DNA of 64,000 bases from a virus (lineage: Duplodnaviria > Caudoviricetes): the IMG/VR virus record IMGVR_UViG_3300020045_007949, positions 1 through 64,000 of that record; one strand, given 5' to 3'. The stretch's first letter is position 1. Every line of letters begins with the position of its first letter. Below are positions 1-6,522 of this stretch, one piece after another. The translations under genes and the position numbers were made by a program. Below the pieces are notes generated by a model. The model had not been told where the DNA came from. It saw only the letters and a list, made by a program, of their open reading frames with translations, and did not search any database.

Positions 1-566
1 ACGATTGGAGTCCAATATTGCTGTATGTCTTGAATTTGAGTAACGTGAATAATGTTTCTAAAGATAGATTCACGATTATTTGACATCATTTGAAGAAAAT
101 AACCTTCCTGTGAGTTCCTTAGAAAGATTGGAGTAGCCGTTAAGCCAACTTTTTTCTTAATCTTTAGGAATTTACAAGCCTCAGCGAGTTGGTTTCCATC
201 TCTCGAACCATATTGGATTTCGTCAGATATGATATTCTCAACCCCAATATCTTTAAACGATTCCAAATCAGACATAATAGACCCAATAGTCGCATAAGTA
301 ACTTGACCTACGTCTTTTCTCTTCAAAGAAGCAGAATAAATCGAAGCATCGAAGCCGTAACTCGTATATTTTTCGTAATTCTGCTTCAAAAGTTCCTTAT
401 TCGGTTGTAAACAGATAGTGGGAGTATTAAATAACTTCACCGTTTCAGCAATGATAATGGATTTTCCAGTAGCCACAGGGCTAACTACAATCCCATTATC
501 CATATCCGAATGTATGAAGTCATTTATATCTTTTACCGCTTGTACTTGATTTGGTCTAAGTATCAT
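1..566 (-). CDS. SF2 (DExD/H-like) helicase, partial; runs off window start
   Basis: Manual translation from ATG 566: MILRPNQVQAV..., Walker A PVATGKS, motif Ia PNKELLKQ, motif II DEIQ, motif III TAT; no stop before position 1, so absent from the ORF track. Confidence 0.88.
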   Translation of the reverse strand, partial: MILRPNQVQAVKDINDFIHSDMDNGIVVSPVATGKSIIIAETVKLFNTPTICLQPNKELLKQNYEKYTSYGFDASIYSASLKRKDVGQVTYATIGSIMSDLESFKDIGVENIISDEIQYGSRDGNQLAEACKFLKIKKKVGLTATPIFLRNSQEGYFLQMMSNNRESIFRNIIHVTQIQDIQQYWTPI

Positions 567-811
567 AAAACATTAAATTCTTCTTCTGTAAAAACAATGA
601 AATTATTGCCAATTTTCATTACATAGTCGGTAAAATTCACTTCTAAACTTCCGCCACTTTTTATGAATAAATACAATGTATTGCAACATCTATGAAATGA
701 ATTAGCATTAACAAAAATTGTCAAATCTGATATATCTTGTGTGTATTTGAGATGAAAGAACTCAAATGGTACACTTTTAATTATTGTTCTCATTTTATTT
801 CCAAAAATCAT
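563..811 (-). CDS. hypothetical protein
   Basis: ORF track; overlaps helicase start by 4 nt. Confidence 0.7.
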   Translation of the reverse strand: MIFGNKMRTIIKSVPFEFFHLKYTQDISDLTIFVNANSFHRCCNTLYLFIKSGGSLEVNFTDYVMKIGNNFIVFTEEEFNVL

Positions 812-986
812 ATTCCTCGTTTAAAATAATCCAAATTATTCCAAACCAACTGCACGCTGACATGAATATTACTGCAAATTTGCCTGAGTTATCTAAAAAA
901 TGCTTTTCCATTTCGTTTGCTTGAATCTTAATTATACAAGCAATAAATGTTACTAATACGCCACTTAAATAAATCCAAGTCATCAT
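795..986 (-). CDS. small membrane protein (2 hydrophobic segments)
   Basis: ORF track; hydrophobic stretches; tight gene packing. Confidence 0.7.
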   Translation of the reverse strand: MMTWIYLSGVLVTFIACIIKIQANEMEKHFLDNSGKFAVIFMSACSWFGIIWIILNEEYDFWK

Positions 987-1438
987 AGCTCAGTATTTAA
1001 AGATTCCTTTTCAAATTCACTCTCTGATAAAACCTCCTTCATCTTAGATAAATAACTATTCATTATCTCATCTTGGCTTATACTGTGGTCGTTTTCTTTA
1101 TATTCTAAACCACCTCTTAAAATGTGGTCAAGTATTTCGGGTTTATTCCTCATCTTCAAAATCTGCTTTAATGTTGGTCTATACCAAACACCGTGAACAA
1201 TCAAATCAGGTGCTATGTCTTTGTAAAATGTACTTCTCGCCATGTTTCCACAAAACCTGCAAGTAAACATCATTGGCGTGACTCCTGCATCAATATCTTG
1301 TGTCTTAGTAATACGATTACATTTAGTGCAGTAATAACAGTTTATCCTATTTTCAAGGTCAATTTTGTAGAAATTATTTTTAGCAACATCTTTCAATAGA
1401 GCCTCATACTTTCTTACAACCTCTCTTTGACTTATCAT
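983..1438 (-). CDS. Zn-ribbon-containing protein
   Basis: CYYCTKC and CRFC motifs. Confidence 0.7.
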   Translation of the reverse strand: MISQREVVRKYEALLKDVAKNNFYKIDLENRINCYYCTKCNRITKTQDIDAGVTPMMFTCRFCGNMARSTFYKDIAPDLIVHGVWYRPTLKQILKMRNKPEILDHILRGGLEYKENDHSISQDEIMNSYLSKMKEVLSESEFEKESLNTEL

Positions 1439-1608
1439 TGTCTTCTCTTTTTAATTGTTTCAGCTACTTCTAAAATAAACTTATCAACTATATCAGGAGT
1501 CATAGACTCGGAATAATCAATCTTTGTTTTAAATGTGCCTTCTACATTCACTACTGTAAGAACTACATACGCATCTGCGTTACTCATTTTCTCTATTAGT
1601 GTTTCCAT
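1435..1608 (-). CDS. hypothetical protein (57 aa, not in ORF track)
   Basis: Manual translation METLIEKMSNADAY...KRRQ; ATGA overlap with next gene. Confidence 0.6.
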   Translation of the reverse strand: METLIEKMSNADAYVVLTVVNVEGTFKTKIDYSESMTPDIVDKFILEVAETIKKRRQ

Positions 1609-1887
1609 TTATTTCTTTTCGTTTGATTGCCATGCTTGGCGTTTTGAACCATCTTTTCTTGGAGTACCATCCTTTTTTAATTCAACTCCATAATAAACAC
1701 AACAAGGATTGTCAGAAAAATAAGACTTTATATTTTCAATAATTATAGAGCCAATATGGTCAGTAAATATATCGCCCACTTTGTATGGATTGTTAGAATT
1801 ACAATATGACGCTTTTAATAATCTGACATCATTATCAAATTGATTTCTTAGTACTATTATTTTGTTATCTAACTCATTCAGTGTCAT
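1609..1887 (-). CDS. hypothetical protein
   Basis: ORF track; operon packing. Confidence 0.7.
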   Translation of the reverse strand: MTLNELDNKIIVLRNQFDNDVRLLKASYCNSNNPYKVGDIFTDHIGSIIIENIKSYFSDNPCCVYYGVELKKDGTPRKDGSKRQAWQSNEKK

Positions 1888-2123
1888 ATCTTTATCAAAT
1901 TTAAAACTGTTTTCAAAGATTCTTCTCCCTCTATCTCTCCCAAGAGAATCATTTCTCCGTCTTTATTCTCTGCGTATAGTTCTAACTTCTCTATAACTTT
2001 TTGTATTGGAAAAAATGTTTTACCTAATAATGTTCTTTTACTATACATGAGAGTATAAATTCCTTCTTTTAAGAACCAGTCTTCCCCTAACTGTTCAAAT
2101 CCATATTCCTTTAAATTTACCAT
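1884..2123 (-). CDS. hypothetical protein
   Basis: ORF track; 4-nt overlap. Confidence 0.7.
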   Translation of the reverse strand: MVNLKEYGFEQLGEDWFLKEGIYTLMYSKRTLLGKTFFPIQKVIEKLELYAENKDGEMILLGEIEGEESLKTVLNLIKI

Positions 2124-2344
2124 GATATTATAAAGTGAGATAATCCATCCATTTTTACATCAAACTTATTTAAACGAAGTCCTTGCAGGTAATTTTCAAG
2201 CAATGGATGAAATGGATGCCTTAAATTATTGTGTTGCTTTGCTGATGCTTTGAAAATAGCACTTCCAAGTTCGTTTACTAACTCTTCAATAAACTTTGGT
2301 TGACTATCTTTTCCGTGTCTTAAAACCTCTTCTTTAGTTATCAT
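2117..2344 (-). CDS. hypothetical protein
   Basis: ORF track. Confidence 0.65.
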   Translation of the reverse strand: MITKEEVLRHGKDSQPKFIEELVNELGSAIFKASAKQHNNLRHPFHPLLENYLQGLRLNKFDVKMDGLSHFIISW

Positions 2345-2702
2345 TTTCTATCGTTTGTTTAATTTGTTCTTTTGTAAATTTATTGTCGCAAACTCTATTT
2401 AAAAGTTCTAAAAATGTATCAGAATCTACTGAGCCACTTCTAATATTTTCATAAAAATCTTTTGACGACATGTTTGTGAAAGAAGCAAAAGAAATACCTC
2501 TCTCTGTAAACTGATGATATTCTTGCATTAACAGTCTGTCGTACTTTAACACATATTGACACACTTTTCTGATATACTCTTTTTCCTTTTCTTCTCTAAA
2601 ATACTTAAGAGCGAGATAATCAAGAAATGTTTGCTCTTCTTCTTTTTGTTTCCACAAATCGTGAAGCCAGTGACCAAATGGATTGAAATTTATCTTTATC
2701 AT
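2334..2702 (-). CDS. hypothetical protein (start moved to ATG 2702)
   Basis: Annotated upstream start overlaps the promoter at 2714-2745. Confidence 0.65.
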   Translation of the reverse strand: MIKINFNPFGHWLHDLWKQKEEEQTFLDYLALKYFREEKEKEYIRKVCQYVLKYDRLLMQEYHQFTERGISFASFTNMSSKDFYENIRSGSVDSDTFLELLNRVCDNKFTKEQIKQTIENDN

Positions 2703-2713
2703 TATTTTTTCTT

Positions 2714-2745
2714 CAAAGGTACAACAATTATTGTCTATTGTCAAG
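2714..2745 (-). promoter_or_regulatory. Bacteroidota-type promoter
   Basis: Minus strand CTTG(ACA)-N20-TACCTTTG; nearly identical to 33027-33058. Confidence 0.7.
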
Positions 2746-2762
2746 TTTTATTTCATTTATTT

Positions 2763-2948
2763 TCAAAAATCACCACTTCCATAGCTTACTTTAAAGAAAT
2801 CAGTAAATTCAGACCTTGCGGAATTTACTTTTAGTATACACAAATAACTGAGTGACCTAAGAATCTTTGATAAAAAATAAAGAATAACACCAATAACTCC
2901 TATTGTCAAGGCATAAGTATATGCGAGTATTAATTCTAAATATTTCAT
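2763..2948 (-). CDS. small membrane protein
   Basis: ORF track; N-terminal hydrophobic helix. Confidence 0.65.
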   Translation of the reverse strand: MKYLELILAYTYALTIGVIGVILYFLSKILRSLSYLCILKVNSARSEFTDFFKVSYGSGDF

Positions 2949-3226
2949 ATTGGTCTATATCCTTTTGAATATGATTGAAAATTGCATCTATGTTTGGGTA
3001 TTGTTCTGTAAATCATATCATCTTTCCATTTGGTTATCAAATATTGTGGTTGATTTGTATTAATGTCATAAACAATATCTTGGAGTGCAAAATAGTAGTC
3101 ATTTTCAAACTCTGCAAGACCGCCAATCACATCAACCCAACGTAGAAAATCTAATCTATGTTTTGCGGAGAATAGTAAAATGTAATCACCGCACACTTCT
3201 TCATATTTTTCTTGTAAATCTGTCAT
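2945..3226 (-). CDS. hypothetical protein
   Basis: ORF track. Confidence 0.7.
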   Translation of the reverse strand: MTDLQEKYEEVCGDYILLFSAKHRLDFLRWVDVIGGLAEFENDYYFALQDIVYDINTNQPQYLITKWKDDMIYRTIPKHRCNFQSYSKGYRPI

Positions 3227-3230
3227 AATT

Positions 3231-3446
3231 TTATTTTGTTCTCAATTGAATTGCTTCGCCATTTTTCTTTAATCTAATCCATTTTCCTTCCAAGTGTGCT
3301 TCAAAATTACTTTCTGTGCATAACTCGTAATTACTGAAATTATTTTTGTCATCATCAGGTGAAGATGCGATTAGCCATTGATTTTCAACTGCCCAAGTAA
3401 TTAATATTACAAGCAATTTGTCTTTATCTATTTTTAAAATATCCAT
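3231..3446 (-). CDS. hypothetical protein (start moved to MDILKID)
   Basis: ATG 3446 follows the stop of the upstream gene. Confidence 0.65.
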   Translation of the reverse strand: MDILKIDKDKLLVILITWAVENQWLIASSPDDDKNNFSNYELCTESNFEAHLEGKWIRLKKNGEAIQLRTK

Positions 3447-3447
3447 A

Positions 3448-3834
3448 TTATTTTTGATTCGCAAATTGTAAATATTCTTCTTCTGTTGCTGGCATAAAAT
3501 TATATACAAAAACTGGAATATTGTCTTTCTTTTTATCGTCAAAATAGTAAAACATACCATCATCAAACCAGCGTACAACCTTGTAAACAAGTTTACCAAA
3601 TATATTTTTCACATAAATCGGCATTTCGCTCTTTTCTCTTTCCTCCCACCAACTGAGTCTTTCAAATAGACGGGGATAATCAAATAAACAAACATCGGCA
3701 GATACATCTCCTATTTGTGCCACGTAACTCATTCCAGTTTCATTAGTAATTATAATGTCTCCCAAGCGGTGGGTTGAACATGGATATTCACCTATCACCT
3801 TGTATCTTGGATTTAATAACTCTTCTGTTGTCAT
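3448..3834 (-). CDS. hypothetical phage protein
   Basis: ORF track; MTTEELLNPRYKVI start. Confidence 0.7.
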   Translation of the reverse strand: MTTEELLNPRYKVIGEYPCSTHRLGDIIITNETGMSYVAQIGDVSADVCLFDYPRLFERLSWWEEREKSEMPIYVKNIFGKLVYKVVRWFDDGMFYYFDDKKKDNIPVFVYNFMPATEEEYLQFANQK

Positions 3835-4100
3835 ATTAATCAAGTTTTACAGATACAATGAAAATGATAAATAGTATTATTATAAATGCTGTCATAAAAT
3901 TACATCTATAATATTTGTTTTATTCTTTGTGGTCGAGCGAAGACTTTGCTTATCTATACCTTTAGAATATTTACCCATTTTCTTATTAATAATAGCCTGT
4001 AAGTGAATAGAAGTATCTACTTCTACTTTATTGGTATTCATTTTATATATATTTATGTAAAATTAACTATTCAAAAACTGCACACAAAAAGATACCCTAT

Positions 4101-4298
4101 CTATATCCTGTCAGCCTTCTTGTATGATTTACCAAACACCTCTATATGATTATATTGAAACGTTTTCCAATCCATAATTCCGAAATTATCAGTTGAACGA
4201 CCACCATTAATAAAAGTATATGTCTGAAATTGTGGCACAAAGAGTTTCTTGATTTCTTTTTTAGAGAAACCTTTCTTTGCCAACATACTTTTACTCAA
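4101..4298 (-). CDS. hypothetical basic protein
   Basis: ORF track. Confidence 0.6.
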   Translation of the reverse strand: MSKSMLAKKGFSKKEIKKLFVPQFQTYTFINGGRSTDNFGIMDWKTFQYNHIEVFGKSYKKADRI

Positions 4299-4412
4299 AT
4301 GTTTTTTTGGTTCAAACTTAATAAATGGAAGATTTGAAATAGAAGTTAATCTAATTTTCTCAATTACCTTTTTACTATCCTTCTTTTTTACTTTCTCTAT
4401 CCTATTTTCTTC

Positions 4413-5087
4413 CTATACTACCACTTCTACTTTTTCCTTAAAGGTTATCTTATTATATTTCTGTACGAATACAGAACCCTTAAAGAATCTTGAATGTTGT
4501 GGTATAACCTCATTCTCTCTTGCAAAGATAAATTCAGAGTAAGAATAGTTTGGCAACTGTTCATATATAGGCTCAATATTTATGATGCCTCTATTCTGCA
4601 TACTATGCAAATACCTCGAACCGCTTGAATGACTTTTTAGACCGAAAAAAGAAGCTGCCTTTTTATTGCCCATACCTTGATAAGATACAGAAGGGATTTT
4701 CTTTTTGGATTGGTGGTTAAGAAAGTTTTCGTGCTTCGCAAGTTGATTGCTTAGTGCAAAATCTCTAATTTCTAATTTAGCTTCTTTTACTGTCCGTGAT
4801 TTGAAAACTAAAATACGATTACGCTTGACTTTGAAAGAGCCGTTTTCGTTTTCAATCTTTTTATAAGGATTGTCCCATAATAATTTGCGGACAGACGTGA
4901 AGATGATTCGTTCATTTTCTATGCGTACTAAGCCCGTTGAGATTAGACTTATTAGATGTTCGCATAAACTATTTCTTGAACATTGTATTCTCTGAGCAAA
5001 GTCAGTTTTATTTAGCTTTTCATAATTCAATACACTACCTTTCAAAGCAATATAGTATGCCAAAGAAACACGATGGTCTCTCAGCAT
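4413..5087 (-). CDS. winged-helix DNA-binding protein, possibly replication-initiator-like
   Basis: DFAQRIQCSRNSLCEHLISLISTGLVRIE wHTH pattern; track start 5147 lies inside the leader hairpin, so ATG 5087 preferred. Confidence 0.55.
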   Translation of the reverse strand: MLRDHRVSLAYYIALKGSVLNYEKLNKTDFAQRIQCSRNSLCEHLISLISTGLVRIENERIIFTSVRKLLWDNPYKKIENENGSFKVKRNRILVFKSRTVKEAKLEIRDFALSNQLAKHENFLNHQSKKKIPSVSYQGMGNKKAASFFGLKSHSSGSRYLHSMQNRGIINIEPIYEQLPNYSYSEFIFARENEVIPQHSRFFKGSVFVQKYNKITFKEKVEVVV

Positions 5088-5131
5088 TTGCGTATAGGTC
5101 TTTGAAGATATGTAATTTGTATTATTCAAGC

Positions 5132-5209
5132 AAAAAAAATACAGCAAAACCCTTAGAATTAACAGATAAGTTTGCGAAAGAACCTGCTAAGGAGTATTGC
5201 TGTATTTTT
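5132..5209 (-). terminator. intrinsic-terminator-like hairpin in the 5' leader of the wHTH gene
   Basis: 13-bp arms 5135-5147/5197-5209, 7-bp inner stem, U8 tract on minus strand. Confidence 0.65.
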
Positions 5210-5239
5210 CTTGTCTGTAAGACAGTTTCTTTCGCACAG

Positions 5240-5271
5240 TAAAGTTACGAAAAGAATAATTAGAAAACAAA
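5240..5271 (-). promoter_or_regulatory. Bacteroidota-type promoter
   Basis: TTTG-N20-TAACTTTA on minus strand. Confidence 0.6.
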
Positions 5272-5372
5272 TAAAATAGAAGAAACTTTAAAAAAAATAT
5301 TCAACAAATTCAAACGTATTGCGAATATACAACCTTAAATAACTAAAAAAACAATTAAAATCGGTAAGTGTT

Positions 5373-5475
5373 TGGAAATGCGACAGGACTCGAACCTGCA
5401 CTAAGTTTTTCCATACTTAGCCTGTTTCTGTCTACTATTGACAGTTTAGATGTTTACCATTCCACCACGCACATC
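5373..5475 (-). tRNA. degenerate class II-like tRNA with ambiguous, expanded anticodon arm
   Basis: T arm GCAGG-TTCGAGT-CCTGT, Leu/Ser-like D arm GTGGAATGGTAAACAT, variable hairpin CTAAGT/ACTTAG; acceptor mismatched. Confidence 0.55.
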
Positions 5476-5481
5476 ATTTTA

Positions 5482-5609
5482 AATAGTCTTGCGGATTTAC
5501 ACCGCCAAGAAACGGAGTGTGCTTTGTCAACGATATTCTATTTCAAATATCCTTTCGTTTCAAGTGCTTTGGTATTGCACACACCAAGCATTGTATGGCT
5601 ACGACTATT
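5482..5609 (-). ncRNA. candidate tRNA-shaped structured ncRNA (128 nt)
   Basis: 7-bp closing stem AATAGTC/GACTATT, T-loop-like GCGG-TGTAAAT-CCGC, internal hairpins. Confidence 0.55.
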
Positions 5610-5611
5610 AG

Positions 5612-5684
5612 TACTCCGTGAGGTAATCGAAACCTCGATGACTTGGATGAAAACCAAGTGACTTAACCACTTGTCCAACGGAGC
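5612..5684 (-). tRNA. tRNA-Glu(TTC)
   Basis: Full cloverleaf: GCTCCGT/ACGGAGT, CTTGG-TT TTC AT-CCAAG. Confidence 0.9.
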
Positions 5685-5692
5685 AAAATTTG

Positions 5693-5765
5693 TGGAATCG
5701 CAGGGAATCGAACCCTGATTCTCTGAGTGCAAGTCAGAAGTAATGAGCCGTTATACGACAACCCC
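5693..5765 (-). tRNA. tRNA-Ala(TGC)
   Basis: TCTGA-CT TGC AC-TCAGA, G3:U70 identity pair, canonical T arm. Confidence 0.9.
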
Positions 5766-5848
5766 ATAATTTCTTGATTTATTATCGGGCTAAACCAAGA
5801 AAGCCTTTGTAATTCCCTTACCAATGGTAAAGGGCGGGATTCGGGAGT

Positions 5849-5980
5849 AATCAAAAACTGAGGGATTCCCACCCACATTTACTCACTACGATAAGCTGTG
5901 AATCTTGCAATTTAATGCCTCACCACTATTTGAGCGTCCTATACACGTAGCCATAAGGCTATTAGACGAAGTTTTTGATT
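5849..5980 (-). ncRNA. candidate tRNA-shaped structured ncRNA (132 nt)
   Basis: 11-bp closing stem AATCAAAAACT/AGTTTTTGATT, T-arm-like GTGGG-TGGGAAT-CCCTC abutting the 3' strand, several internal hairpins. Confidence 0.55.
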
Positions 5981-5983
5981 TAG

Positions 5984-6056
5984 GAGCGATGGCGGAAGTC
6001 GAATCCGCTATTTAAAGGTTATGAGCCTTTCGAGTAAACCGTTTCTCTCCATCGCA
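5984..6056 (-). tRNA. tRNA with CAT anticodon (Met/fMet/Ile2 unresolved)
   Basis: AAAGG-CT CAT AA-CCTTT; 1:72 mismatch; T arm GCGGA-TTCGACT-TCCGC. Confidence 0.85.
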
Positions 6057-6060
6057 CTGC

Positions 6061-6132
6061 TCACCTAAACAGGAGTCGAACCTGTACCCATCCAGTTTGT
6101 AGCCAAATGTTCTACCATTGAGTTATTAGGGA
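6061..6132 (-). tRNA. degenerate tRNA, apparent anticodon ACA (Cys-like)
   Basis: Canonical T arm ACAGG-TTCGACT-CCTGT; anticodon loop CT ACA AA; weak D and acceptor stems. Confidence 0.6.
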
Positions 6133-6153
6133 GTTTTATATTCACAGCAAAAA

Positions 6154-6339
6154 CTAAACTACAATTCCATACTTAAAAAGAATATTCTTAATTATCTCAG
6201 AGTTTTTTCGGAAATGCTTACAACCATTATTCTTGATGCAATTATGTATGGAATAACTTGGCATTAAACACTCTCGCTCTAATTGAGAAATATTTATTAG
6301 ATATTTTCTCTCTTTCAGCTTCTCAATTAATTCATCCAT
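6154..6339 (-). CDS. small protein, possible HTH regulator
   Basis: INISQLERECLMPSYSIHNCIK HTH-like pattern. Confidence 0.55.
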   Translation of the reverse strand: MDELIEKLKERKYLINISQLERECLMPSYSIHNCIKNNGCKHFRKNSEIIKNILFKYGIVV

Positions 6340-6432
6340 TTTACATTAAGGGTTGGGTTTATTCTACGCACAGTTTAAATCAATAATTGGCGACCCCAAC
6401 CCTTTTTTATCATCTAAACCTCTAAGACATTA

Positions 6433-6464
6433 CAAAACTACAAAACTTTGTGGAATTTGTCAAG
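6433..6464 (-). promoter_or_regulatory. promoter for tRNA array 1
   Basis: CTTG(ACA)-N20-TAGTTTTG on minus strand. Confidence 0.7.
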
Positions 6465-6522
6465 TATTTTGTCATTTTTTTTCGTTATATTTAACAAATA
6501 TTTTGCAAAAACCCAAATTCTC

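Noticed and set aside
5368-5878. ORF-track entries over tRNA array 1
   Set aside because: They overlie tRNA and ncRNA genes
5482-5980. tmRNA, theta/HDV-like ribozyme, SRP or GOLLD identity for the array-embedded RNAs
   Set aside because: No Ala-type acceptor or tag ORF, no G-starting P1/nested pseudoknot at the tRNA 3' end, no SRP GGAA helix-8 motif, and too short for GOLLD; a formal Rfam scan is still needed
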